From a virus (Duplodnaviria > Caudoviricetes), in the IMG/VR virus record IMGVR_UViG_3300033068_001704, positions 96,001 through 160,000 of that record: a stretch of 64,000 nt of DNA; one strand, written 5' to 3'. The notes beneath the pieces were generated by a model. The model saw only the letters and a program-made list of their open reading frames with translations, was not told where the DNA came from and searched no databases. This document shows positions 48,056 through 57,720 of the stretch, one piece after another. The position numbers and the translations under genes were made by a program. Every line of letters starts with the position of its first letter. The first letter of the stretch is position 1.

Positions 48056-49342
48056 TCAGGTCGGGGGGGAGACGATGACCGGGACTGCGCTGTCCACAGT
48101 CGTCCCGTTCCCGAGCTGACCAGCGTTGTTCAGACCCCAGCACACGATCTGTCCGGTCGAGCGGATGGTGCAGACATGCTGGCTGGACTGGATGGCGTCC
48201 GCATCCACGATTCCGGTGACCGGGGTCGAGGGGTTGAGGCGCCGACCTTCGGTCGTGTTCCCATCACCCATCTGACCGTAGGTGTTGTCACCCCAGCAGA
48301 GAACCTGGCCCGAGGTCTGGATCACGCAGGTGCTCTCACGCCCTGCCGCGATGAGGACCGCGTCTGCGTCGGGGACCCGCTGCGGGGTGAGGGCGGAGAT
48401 AGCAGCGGACCCAGATCCAATCTGCCCCTGGCGGTTGCGACCCCAGCAGTACACTTCGCCGGCCTGAAGCACACACGAATGGTCGTCTCCGACCGAGAGA
48501 TGGGTCGCACTGGAGATGGAGGACACGGGGCCGGGGGTGGTCGGGCGTGCCAGCATGGTCCCATCACCGAGCTGCCCGAAGGAGTTGTTCTCACCCCAGC
48601 AGGAGACCTGTCCGGTTGCTCGGCGCACACAGGTGAATCCCGAGCCCGCTCCGATTTCCACCGCGTTGGTGATGCCTGCGATCGTCACCGGGACCGTCCG
48701 CTCTAGGCCCATCTGGTAGTACCAACAGGACACACTTCCAGAGATGATGGCGCACACGTGGTAGGCACCTGCCGCGATCTCATCTGCGCCGACGATGCCA
48801 GCCACCAGGGTCGGGGTCAGGGCCCAACCAGCGCCATCCTGAAGCTGGCCCCAGCAGGAGACCGTGCCGTCCGTATGCCGGGCGCAGGTGCCATCATGGA
48901 GGGCTTCGATCTCCACCGCGTCGGTGATGCCGGAGATGAGGCGGGGGGTCTCACCACCCACCCGAGTCCCATCACCGAACTGCCCGGAGCCGTTCCCACC
49001 CCAGCACGCGACCTCACCCGAAGCGTAGAGCGCGCAGGTGTGGACTCGTCCGGTCGCCAGCGAGACGGGATCGAGGCAACGACCCGTGCACGGCATCGTG
49101 CCGCCATCCGGGTCCTCGACCATCATGCCCGCATCGGTGCCAGCATCGGTGCCCGCGTCCGAGTCCTCGACCATGCCGCCATCTTCCATGGGGACCTGGG
49201 CATCGTCGGTGGCAGGGAGACCACCATCGTCGAGGGGCATCTCCATCCCACCGTCGGCGACGGGATTTGCCTGGAGCGTCCCGAGATCGAACGCGCACCC
49301 ACCGAGAACGAACAGACAGGAAACTAGCGTGTTGCGGATCAT
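48056..49342 (-). CDS. RCC1/BLIP-II repeat beta-propeller lipoprotein
   Basis: Lipobox LGG-C; DAG/DGG acidic linker; about 7 repeats of G..HTC....G.V.CWG.N..GQLGDG. Confidence 0.9.
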   Translation of the reverse strand: MIRNTLVSCLFVLGGCAFDLGTLQANPVADGGMEMPLDDGGLPATDDAQVPMEDGGMVEDSDAGTDAGTDAGMMVEDPDGGTMPCTGRCLDPVSLATGRVHTCALYASGEVACWGGNGSGQFGDGTRVGGETPRLISGITDAVEIEALHDGTCARHTDGTVSCWGQLQDGAGWALTPTLVAGIVGADEIAAGAYHVCAIISGSVSCWYYQMGLERTVPVTIAGITNAVEIGAGSGFTCVRRATGQVSCWGENNSFGQLGDGTMLARPTTPGPVSSISSATHLSVGDDHSCVLQAGEVYCWGRNRQGQIGSGSAAISALTPQRVPDADAVLIAAGRESTCVIQTSGQVLCWGDNTYGQMGDGNTTEGRRLNPSTPVTGIVDADAIQSSQHVCTIRSTGQIVCWGLNNAGQLGNGTTVDSAVPVIVSPPT

Positions 49343-49428
49343 GATGACCTCTCTTCACCTAGGTAACGAGCGACCCACCCCGTTTTACCTGTTTCCGGGG
49401 GAGAATCGTACGGTCCCTAGGCGGGGGG

Positions 49429-50223
49429 TCAGTACAGGATCGCGTAGTTCGCCAAGTACCGCTTGGTTCCCGCGGACTTGTTCACGAATGCGAGGCGGAT
49501 GTTCGTCCCGGGGTCACAGGTTCCACACGGGACGAGACGGCGGACCTGGGAGTACCCCGCCCCATCAGAAGCGGAGAGGTACACCTCGAAGTCCGAGGGC
49601 TCCTGATCGACCTCGACAAGGTTCTTGATCGCGGGGGCGTTCTGGTTGGCGTTGGGGCCATCGTACGCCATCACGTCATGTGTGACGCTGTACTCGTGGA
49701 TCTTCCAGTAGACGAGGAAGTTGTCCACCCCGGCCGGGACGTCGGCGGAGATGTCGATCGTGTCCGTGATGAGCACGCCGGGCCGTACGGGGCTGACGAG
49801 GCTGTTCTGAGGGAGCACTGCGACAGAGTTCGCTGCGAGCCCTTCATCCACCCCACCCCCACGTCCGACCTGCGCGCGTGTGGCCCAGGCGATCAAGGGG
49901 GTCGAGCTGGCCGGGAAGGCTGCCGTCAGGTCGAGGAGATCCACATCGGCGGAAGTGAGCAGCCCGTTGTAGTGGATGTAGTTGTAGCGGGGGAACCGAG
50001 CGAGGAGCCCCTCGAAGATGGAGTCCAGGACGTTGTTCGGCCCGAGGAGTCGGGACGTGGATGAGATCGACGGAGGCGTGACCCCATCAGGGACGTCCAC
50101 ATAGAACTTCCCGTTCGACGCCACAGAGGCCCCGACCTCCGGTGTGGGGGCCACCTGGATGATGACCGAGCTGCTCTCGGGACCAGTGTTCGGCAAACGG
50201 TTGATGTCGGCGTAGATTCGCAT
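49429..50223 (-). CDS. Putative virion (baseplate) structural protein
   Basis: Beta-rich; VYLS..DGAGY and IRLAF at the C-terminus; CCCTATC element upstream. Confidence 0.5.
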   Translation of the reverse strand: MRIYADINRLPNTGPESSSVIIQVAPTPEVGASVASNGKFYVDVPDGVTPPSISSTSRLLGPNNVLDSIFEGLLARFPRYNYIHYNGLLTSADVDLLDLTAAFPASSTPLIAWATRAQVGRGGGVDEGLAANSVAVLPQNSLVSPVRPGVLITDTIDISADVPAGVDNFLVYWKIHEYSVTHDVMAYDGPNANQNAPAIKNLVEVDQEPSDFEVYLSASDGAGYSQVRRLVPCGTCDPGTNIRLAFVNKSAGTKRYLANYAILY

Positions 50224-50289
50224 CGGCGGCTACTCTACGTCCTTCGGGCGATAGGGCGAATCACGACAGACCATTGGTAGTGTTTGCCC

Positions 50290-50541
50290 ATGAAGAATGA
50301 TCTTGAGGGGGATCCTACCACCTCAACGTTGGCGGTCTCGATCTGCGCGGAGTCCATTGAGGTGGCGAGATTCAGCCCGAAGGCCATCGTGCTCCTGAAT
50401 GGGGCCGGAGGAGAACGGGTTCGGATCGAGGACAACGCCTTCTACGTCGATGGGCAGAAGGTCAACAACGATCCGAACGGCCTCTACCAAGCGATGTGTG
50501 ACTTCTTCAGGCTCCAAGCCGTCACGGACACGATCAGGTAG
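50290..50541 (+). CDS. Hypothetical protein
   Basis: Fills the gap; AFYVDGQKVNND. Confidence 0.55.
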   Translation: MKNDLEGDPTTSTLAVSICAESIEVARFSPKAIVLLNGAGGERVRIEDNAFYVDGQKVNNDPNGLYQAMCDFFRLQAVTDTIR

Positions 50542-50992
50542 CTTCGTCCGGGGGGGTGCTGTCCCGGGAGTCGTCCCCGAGCTTCTTCCGCAACATGCGC
50601 TTGGTGGTCGAGATGATCGTGTCGTACCCGATCTTCGCGAGGATGCCGGCGAAGGTGTAGGTGGCGAGGTGGGCCGCGAACTCGTACCCGGGCTTCACGA
50701 GTTCATCGGCGGCGGGTAGCCACGGGACGAGTCCGAGCAGCATCCCCACGAGGATGGGGTGGGCCGGAAGCGTGACGTAGTACAGACGCTTCCACAGGTC
50801 CGGCTTGTACGGCTCAGGCTCAGGGGGCTTCGCCGAGTCGCGGTAGCCGACCGGGCGATCCCGCCAAGCCACGACCTCGGCCTCTAGCCTCCGAGCGTTG
50901 ACGACGCGCTTTCCAATCTCACCGAGGCTGCCGATGACGAGTGCCGCGATGAGGACAACCGGCGATGTGATCAGAACGTACCAGGTCTGCAT
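50534..50992 (-). CDS. Membrane protein, holin-like
   Basis: Three hydrophobic segments, charged C-terminus; CTCTATA upstream. Confidence 0.5.
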   Translation of the reverse strand: MQTWYVLITSPVVLIAALVIGSLGEIGKRVVNARRLEAEVVAWRDRPVGYRDSAKPPEPEPYKPDLWKRLYYVTLPAHPILVGMLLGLVPWLPAADELVKPGYEFAAHLATYTFAGILAKIGYDTIISTTKRMLRKKLGDDSRDSTPPDEAT

Positions 50993-51005
50993 GGAATGGC
51001 GACGG

Positions 51006-51027
51006 TATAGAGAAGAACGCTTCTATA
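51006..51027. promoter_or_regulatory. Divergent pair of YTCTATA elements
   Basis: TATAGAG-aagaacgc-TTCTATA between divergent genes. Confidence 0.6.
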
Positions 51028-51101
51028 CTTGAACGGTGGGGAACACGGTTCCCCCTACATCCGTCGGTACGACCGACAGATCCAGAAGAAGAACGACAAC
51101 A

Positions 51102-54100
51102 ATGGCTGAGAACTGGGGTCCCGGAGTCACTCGAACGCTCTCTGCGCTCTCCCGTCAGTTCATGGGTGTGGTGTGGCATCCCGATGCCCCCCCGCTCGAC
51201 AGCGAACTGAACTTGATGAGCCAGATCGACTGGGAGAACCTGTCGAGTGTGGTCCGCTCTCAGGTCCATTCCGGGTTCTTCCTGGATCCGACCCGGGCGC
51301 GGGAGGACTACGAGGTCAACCCTCTCTGGTCGAACCAGTTCGCGATCGGCGTGCCGGCTGTGGTGGACGGTTCCCCCGAGCAGGAGCCGGTCCTCATCGC
51401 ATCCGTGAACGGGTGGGTCTTTCCCGTTGCTGGGACACGCATCGCTGACTCGGTGCGGAACCGGATCGCTCTGTATCCGCCCCCCTCGACTGACTCCCGC
51501 ACGGATCTCATCTTCCTGGAGGTCTGGCGGACGCTGATCTCTCCGAACCCCTCGACGACCAACAAGCCGACTGCTTCCACGATCTGGAAGTACGGCAACG
51601 TCGAGTTCGGTGGGGTCAACATCACGGACGACATCGAAGATCCGTCCATGGGGTTCCGGACCACCAAGCGTGTCCAGCTCCAGTACCGGATCCGCGTCGT
51701 CGGATCGGGGGACTCGCTGGGTGTCTCGGTCGATCTCTCGAACTACCCGGACGGTCTCGACGACCCGCAGGTCCGTGGGCAGGGCGCCGCTTCGACTCCG
51801 ACCTCCTTCACGTTCGACAACATGCGGGAGACTCTCGGCGACCCGAGTCTCTGGCGTGCAGGTGATGGGGATTCGGAGAACGGTCTCGGGACGATCGACG
51901 GATACGTCTACGCGGTGCCGATCTGCGCGATCTTCCGTCGGAACACGAGTCCCTTCGTCGCGGTGACGAACTCCGGCAACCCGAACCAGAACGGCGCGTC
52001 GGATCGGACTCCTTCCTCCCATGCGCTCCCGGATCCGCGGGATGGTGCCCGAGAACTCACGGAGGCCGTTCTCACGACGGCGATCACCGGGACCCAGTTC
52101 GGTTCGATCAGCATCACCGACCTCGATGATTCCGGGCTCGCCGATCCGGCTCTCTTCCCCGGTGGCGTGACGACCCGGTTCCTGGTCCTCGGGTCCGGCA
52201 TCGATCGCGAGATCATCGCCTACACGGGAACCGGATCGGGAACGATCACCGTCCCCTCTACGGGTCGCGGGCGCGCCGGGACGATGGCGAAGTACCATCC
52301 GGCAGGGACCTCGGTCTCGCTCTACAACTCCCGTCCCGACGAGATCTTCGCGGACGAGATCGTGCGTGATGACATCGCGGACCTCCGACGCGCAGTGAGC
52401 TTCGGTGAGTGGGACTACTCCCGCATGCTTCAGCACGCGGTCGCCTCGCTCGCCCAGGGGTCGCTCAAGACCACCTTCAAGAAGGCTGGCACTGGCGGTG
52501 ACTCGTTCGGCGTGGTCACCACGGAGGTCTCGTACCTCTGGGGTGTGAGCAGCAGCCCGGCCCCGAACCACACCGATCAGATCGATGGTCCGGATGGCAT
52601 TCGGACGGTCTGGTCCGACAGCGCCGCGCTTCAGCCGGACGTCACGGTGATGGTGGACCCGAACGCCCCGACGACCAACGGGTTCGCGGACACCACGTTC
52701 TCTTCATCCGTCGCAGCGAACTGGAGCGTGGGGGCAGACTTCCAGCCCTCAGGGTTCCTGAACAACCCGAGCGGCAACGGCTGGACGAACGGCTCGGTCA
52801 TCCTGATGCACATCGGGGGCACCACGGGTGCTGACGGTGCGCACGCAGGGTTCCCGCAGTCCCCGAACCCGAGGGCGGTCCGCTTCGTATCGCCCTCGGA
52901 GATGTGGCTCTCGGACTCCGGTGAGTCTCTCGGCGAGCAGCGCCCCTGGAAGGTGCGCTTCGAGGGTGGCCCGACCTACGCGCCGACCTTCCCGCTTCCG
53001 ACTCCGGTCTCCCCGCTCGACAACGCATTCCTCGCGGCCCGGATCACCTCCCCTGCTGCGATCGGGGAAGACGAGGAAGAGCACCCGGGACCGATGTTCC
53101 CGCTGCGCGACGCGAACTTCGAGCGCCCGTTCGTCGTGCTGGGTGGGGTCCTGAACCCGTCGCTGGTCTTCTCGGGTGTCCCGAGCACCAGCGCCAACTT
53201 CATCAACCCGACGGGACCGGACACCCGGCATCAGGTTCGGATTCCGGGGGCGAACTGGAACACGTTCGCACTCCCGCTTCTTCGCGGTGAGCGGACGCTG
53301 CGGGACATGCTCACCGACGGCGGCCGAGACCTGTCCGGTGCATCCTCGCTCGTGTACATCGTCGCCTACGGCAACGCGCTGTCGAAGGACAACAACGGGG
53401 CCTTCCGAGTGGTGGGCGCCGGTACGTCGGCAGCGGTGGGTGGGGCCTACACGGATCGTGTCGCAGACACGACCGACGGCATCGTGGTCGAGCCCCTCTC
53501 GGCCGACTTCGCGGCCTTCACCAGCAACGTCGGCCAGTCGGTGTTCGTCGAGTTCCGCTCGCAGTTCATCAACGCGGAGGACGATCAGGGCCGTGTGACC
53601 GGACCGGCCGGTGTGGCACTCGTCTTCACCGACCTCGCGAACATCGAGGGCGGCACGGCGAACCCCTGGAACTCCGCGAACACGGGAGACCTCGCCGTTC
53701 GGGAAGACGCCGGGAAGCTCGTTCCGGTCAACTCCAAGGCGGTCATCACGTCCACCTTGCTGTGGCACCCGAACCGCGGCGCAAGCACCCGTGTCCCCGA
53801 GCAGGTCATGCGCTTCTCCGCGCGTGCTTCCGGGTCCACATTCCTGCGCAACGTCCCCTCGTCGCTCGATGCTGAGTTCTCGACGCTCGCCCCCTACCCG
53901 TCGGGGGAGCGTGAGTTCGATGGGACCCACATCCAGCTCTGGAACCGGCTCGGGTCTCTGGGCCAGTTCGCCCCGTTCGCTCCGGCCTACGGCGGGACGG
54001 TAGTCGGTCGGTCCGAGCAGGATCGAGAGCACGAGCTGTTCTTCGATCCGGGCTCGAAGTCCGTCATCTTCAGGCCCTTCATCCTGAAGAACATGACGTT

Positions 54101-56588
54101 CAAGGCTCTGACGACCGAGGCCTCGCCCTCGCTCCTCGGGCCGCTGACGTATGCGGATGCCGCGACGAAGGATGGCGCGGCCATCTTCACGTCAGGTCTC
54201 AAGATGGGCTATCCGGTTCCTCCGGAGTACATGCCCAGATTCGGGCGCCAGGACATCCCCTACCACGTGCGCACGGGGACGACCGACCCGTTCATGCCGG
54301 GGATCAACCACCTGTTCGCGGATCAGACCGATCCGACCCAGGAGGTCTTCTACATCATCGGCGGGGAGGACAACGGAGGCTCTCCCGCAGCCAACCTCGT
54401 CAACCCGATGCTGTTCGCAACGGGTGCTGGGATCACGTACTGCCACCGTGGGACGGTCGGTGGGGCGCCTCACCCGGCGTACGGAGCGCGGAAGCAGTTC
54501 TACACCGATGTCGTCTCGTCCGACCTGGGTGTTGGCCTGAATGGCATCGAGCTTCCGCCCTACCACGGCGTGGCCCGACTCTATGGGGTGTACGAACTCC
54601 AGGACTTCCTGGCTCACCTCAGCCCGACGTACATCGGGGCCTTCCAGGGTGACCGGCTGACGCCGATCGGAGATCCGCCGAAGAACCTTCTCCGGACGGG
54701 CGCGACCCAGCAGACGTTGTTCGTTCGCCAGAACGGCGGCAACGACGTCACGGAGACCGACGACGCCCACACGTACCTCGTGCCGGAGTCGGCGATCGAC
54801 ATCTCGGGGATCCCGGGGTACCTCGACGGAGACACGTTCACCGACTTCGACTACGTCGTCGAGTGCGTCGTGTTCGGGTTTAGCGAAGGGTTCATCAACA
54901 AGAACAACTTCGTGCTCGCACGTCGCAACACGGGAACGGGAGCGGACATCTCGGACGGTTCCAACCCGGAGCTGACCGACGTCTCGACGGTCCTTCCCTG
55001 CGCCGCCCCCCGAGGGGATGCCCTCTACCAGGCCTACGCCCGCACCGTCTACCAGGGCGACCCCTACATGACGCGGGATGGATCGACGATCCAGATCACG
55101 GACTACGAGTCCCGCTACGGGCAGGTTGCTCAGGGGGATGCGTTCCAGCTCGCGACGTCGATCGAGCAGTTCGATGCCACGACCGGGACGATGACCGTCG
55201 AACGTCCGAACGCTCGGGCGCTCCAGGTCGTCGCGACGATGGACTTCTACACGACGGTGGGGACGGGGAAGATCGGGGGCCGGATGTATGCCGGCACGTC
55301 GATCGACGCCGGGTACATCGATGATGCGACGGCAGGATCTCTCGGAAGGATCCCGTCCAGTTCGTCGGATCTCCCGTGGAGAGTGCTCCCTCGTGCGTTC
55401 ACCGAGGGTCAGAGCCGGAACAGCTCCAGGGCTTCTCTCTCGATCCAGCTCTCGAACGCCAACCTGATCAACGGGACGACCGCAACGGTCTCGGTGGCCG
55501 TTGCGCCTCCGGGTATCACGGCCCCCGCAGCCCTCGTGGGTGGCGTGGACTTCGTCGGGGCGAACACCCTCGACCTCGCGGCCAACCTGGCGGAGGTGAT
55601 CAACAGCAACGCCACGATGGGCCGGTTCGTGACCGCGCTTGCGCTCGCGGACAGAGTCGTGATCGTCGCGAAGGACGTGGGAGTGGCAGGGAACGGGACG
55701 CGCGTCACCGTTCGCTACACGACCGCCCCGACCGCGTTCGTTCCGGTCAACCAGGCGGTTCAGCTCCTCGACGGATACGGTCTCGGCCTGTACCCCTCGT
55801 CGAACAACCATCCGGTCGGCGGGACCGTGACGTCGGCGATGCTGGCTGGGGGATCGGACATCCCGGTCAACGGGGGTTCCGGCGACTCGGCGATCTCCCT
55901 GGGTGGCATGACGGAACGCCTTCCGCTCGGCATTCTCGTCAGCGACTCGGACTTCCTGAGCGAGAACCCGCTCGGGGACAACGCGTCGGCGATGAGGACG
56001 TTCTTCGGCGGTGTCCGTCCGATCTACTCGGATCTCCCGCTGACGAGTGGGGGTGTCGAGTACACCCGGTTCGTCAACGACCCGGGCTCCCTCATCTCGA
56101 TGTCGGACGGGGGCGTCCTTCTCTATGCCCCCTACACGACCACCACCCCCGGCGGGTCGAAGAAGTTCCGCCTGTTCCGTGGCGGTGGAGCTTCGTTCGT
56201 CCTCTCGGGAACGGCTCCTGGTGGTCCGGTGGACTGGGTGAGCGATGCCCTCCCGTCCAGCCTGCGCCCGGTGCTCAAGGGAGCAGCACTCGCGTGCAAG
56301 GCCCTCCTCGTGAGGAACTTCCACGAAGAGGCCTTCTCCGGCGCAGCTCCCCACCGGACTCGGTCGGAGGGTGATGAGCTTCAGCTCGTGATCCTCACGT
56401 ACGCGGTCTACGGCGATGGTGACACCCAGCAGGGTGGTGTGACCCTCTCCGGCCAGATCTCCCCGACTGGGTACGGAGAAGGGTACGCGGCAGCCGATCG
56501 GTATCTCCTTGAAGGCCGCCCGATGGATAGAGGTCGTACTCGCACGACCCCGTCCCCGGATCTTCAGCCCGCCCCCTTCAAAGAGTGA
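51102..56588 (+). CDS. Very large virion protein (baseplate wedge/fibre-attachment type)
   Basis: N-terminal PPLDSELNLMSQI, R.DLIFLEVW, R.QLQYRIRV (DUF4815/DUF6519-like from memory); DGYVYAVPIC..RRN; start set to MAENW. Confidence 0.65.
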   Translation: MAENWGPGVTRTLSALSRQFMGVVWHPDAPPLDSELNLMSQIDWENLSSVVRSQVHSGFFLDPTRAREDYEVNPLWSNQFAIGVPAVVDGSPEQEPVLIASVNGWVFPVAGTRIADSVRNRIALYPPPSTDSRTDLIFLEVWRTLISPNPSTTNKPTASTIWKYGNVEFGGVNITDDIEDPSMGFRTTKRVQLQYRIRVVGSGDSLGVSVDLSNYPDGLDDPQVRGQGAASTPTSFTFDNMRETLGDPSLWRAGDGDSENGLGTIDGYVYAVPICAIFRRNTSPFVAVTNSGNPNQNGASDRTPSSHALPDPRDGARELTEAVLTTAITGTQFGSISITDLDDSGLADPALFPGGVTTRFLVLGSGIDREIIAYTGTGSGTITVPSTGRGRAGTMAKYHPAGTSVSLYNSRPDEIFADEIVRDDIADLRRAVSFGEWDYSRMLQHAVASLAQGSLKTTFKKAGTGGDSFGVVTTEVSYLWGVSSSPAPNHTDQIDGPDGIRTVWSDSAALQPDVTVMVDPNAPTTNGFADTTFSSSVAANWSVGADFQPSGFLNNPSGNGWTNGSVILMHIGGTTGADGAHAGFPQSPNPRAVRFVSPSEMWLSDSGESLGEQRPWKVRFEGGPTYAPTFPLPTPVSPLDNAFLAARITSPAAIGEDEEEHPGPMFPLRDANFERPFVVLGGVLNPSLVFSGVPSTSANFINPTGPDTRHQVRIPGANWNTFALPLLRGERTLRDMLTDGGRDLSGASSLVYIVAYGNALSKDNNGAFRVVGAGTSAAVGGAYTDRVADTTDGIVVEPLSADFAAFTSNVGQSVFVEFRSQFINAEDDQGRVTGPAGVALVFTDLANIEGGTANPWNSANTGDLAVREDAGKLVPVNSKAVITSTLLWHPNRGASTRVPEQVMRFSARASGSTFLRNVPSSLDAEFSTLAPYPSGEREFDGTHIQLWNRLGSLGQFAPFAPAYGGTVVGRSEQDREHELFFDPGSKSVIFRPFILKNMTFKALTTEASPSLLGPLTYADAATKDGAAIFTSGLKMGYPVPPEYMPRFGRQDIPYHVRTGTTDPFMPGINHLFADQTDPTQEVFYIIGGEDNGGSPAANLVNPMLFATGAGITYCHRGTVGGAPHPAYGARKQFYTDVVSSDLGVGLNGIELPPYHGVARLYGVYELQDFLAHLSPTYIGAFQGDRLTPIGDPPKNLLRTGATQQTLFVRQNGGNDVTETDDAHTYLVPESAIDISGIPGYLDGDTFTDFDYVVECVVFGFSEGFINKNNFVLARRNTGTGADISDGSNPELTDVSTVLPCAAPRGDALYQAYARTVYQGDPYMTRDGSTIQITDYESRYGQVAQGDAFQLATSIEQFDATTGTMTVERPNARALQVVATMDFYTTVGTGKIGGRMYAGTSIDAGYIDDATAGSLGRIPSSSSDLPWRVLPRAFTEGQSRNSSRASLSIQLSNANLINGTTATVSVAVAPPGITAPAALVGGVDFVGANTLDLAANLAEVINSNATMGRFVTALALADRVVIVAKDVGVAGNGTRVTVRYTTAPTAFVPVNQAVQLLDGYGLGLYPSSNNHPVGGTVTSAMLAGGSDIPVNGGSGDSAISLGGMTERLPLGILVSDSDFLSENPLGDNASAMRTFFGGVRPIYSDLPLTSGGVEYTRFVNDPGSLISMSDGGVLLYAPYTTTTPGGSKKFRLFRGGGASFVLSGTAPGGPVDWVSDALPSSLRPVLKGAALACKALLVRNFHEEAFSGAAPHRTRSEGDELQLVILTYAVYGDGDTQQGGVTLSGQISPTGYGEGYAAADRYLLEGRPMDRGRTRTTPSPDLQPAPFKE

Positions 56589-56629
56589 CGGTTTCCTGAC
56601 CCGGTAGTCAGGACAAGGAGTGACCCCCC

Positions 56630-56971
56630 ATGGATCCCATGATGCTTGAAACCCTTCTCACTGCGATCGAGCAGCAGCACTGGCCGATCGTCGCTGCGGT
56701 GCTGATCACCTTCGTGGTCTACGCCGCGAACCGATACGGTCTCAAGGAGAAGGTCGGGGAGAAGTGGGTCCCCTGGGTGGCGGTGGGCCTCGGCCTACTC
56801 TCGGCCATCGGAGCCCAGCTCTCGACCGGCATGGAGTGGCATGAGGCGCTTGGCTCCGGGTTCCTTGCAGGAGCCACGGCAACGGGCATGTGGGAGCTGC
56901 TCCTGAAGAGGGTGCTCCCGGGTGCAGTCAAGACCGAGTCGTCCGTCCCCCCGTCCGACCCGGCTCTCTGA
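56630..56971 (+). CDS. Holin-like membrane protein
   Basis: Three TM segments; KWVPW; GATATGMWE; AAGGAG SD. Confidence 0.65.
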   Translation: MDPMMLETLLTAIEQQHWPIVAAVLITFVVYAANRYGLKEKVGEKWVPWVAVGLGLLSAIGAQLSTGMEWHEALGSGFLAGATATGMWELLLKRVLPGAVKTESSVPPSDPAL

Positions 56972-56994
56972 CCGTCAGCTCAGTCTCGTCCCGT

Positions 56995-57029
56995 CTTCGC
57001 CTCCTCACTCTCTGGGTGGGGGGGCGAAG
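56995..57029. terminator. Hairpin between convergent genes
   Basis: CTTCGCCTCCTCAC...GTGGGGGGGCGAAG. Confidence 0.6.
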
Positions 57030-57034
57030 TCGTT

Positions 57035-57334
57035 TCAGTTGTCGTCGGAGGACGACTCTTCCTTGAAGAGTCCGTCCTTCCGCATCCCCTCGGTGACGTA
57101 GAACGCGACCTGGTTGCTCGGGGTTCGGTACTGCTCGACGGAATGCGTCTTGAGTTGTTCGACGATCGACTTGGGAAGGCTGACCGTGATGGCGATCAGC
57201 TCGACCTTGTTCGGGTTCGGCTTTCGGCCCGACTTCTGTCTCTCGGGGGCCTGGGTCACTTCAGCAGCGACGGCACCCTGGACGTTCTTCTTCTTGGGAC
57301 CCGGACGACCTGCCTGAACCTTCGTGTCTTCCAT
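57035..57334 (-). CDS. Ribbon-helix-helix (Arc/CopG-like) regulator with GRP/GRK arms
   Basis: GRPGP, GRKP, ITVSLPKSIVEQLK..YRTPSNQV. Confidence 0.75.
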   Translation of the reverse strand: MEDTKVQAGRPGPKKKNVQGAVAAEVTQAPERQKSGRKPNPNKVELIAITVSLPKSIVEQLKTHSVEQYRTPSNQVAFYVTEGMRKDGLFKEESSSDDN

Positions 57335-57477
57335 CTTTGCTATCCTTCTCCAAGCTCCCTCCCCCCTGGAGAGAACCGGTTCCCATTAGCTAGACGCAGA
57401 AGGGTGAAACAAAAGGCCCACCTCACATTTTTTTTGTCTGGGGGCTGTTTGAAGGGCAGCGGTGTAACGTAGAACGC

Positions 57478-57720
57478 ATGCCGACATGGCGTCAGGACTT
57501 CCAGGAAGACCATGGAAGGGTTTGGACCGACTACGTTTCAGGGTGTGGTCGGTGGAGATGCGAGCAGGGTCACTCGACCGACCCGGAAGAAGTCTGGGCA
57601 TTGCTCCGCGTTGAGCCCGGGAAGAAGCACTGGGAGGCTTCCTTCCGGACTTTGCAGGATGCGAAGATGTTCGTGGAGGAGGGAGAGGCATCCGGGCAGG
57701 AGCAGCCCGGAGACGACTAG
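57478..57720 (+). CDS. Hypothetical protein
   Basis: Starts 10 nt after GTGTAA; FRTLQDAKMFVE. Confidence 0.6.
   Translation: MPTWRQDFQEDHGRVWTDYVSGCGRWRCEQGHSTDPEEVWALLRVEPGKKHWEASFRTLQDAKMFVEEGEASGQEQPGDD

Noticed and set aside
57370-57440. Sigma70 promoter with A-tract for the RHH gene
   Set aside because: AT-rich, but the -35/-10 matches are too weak to call
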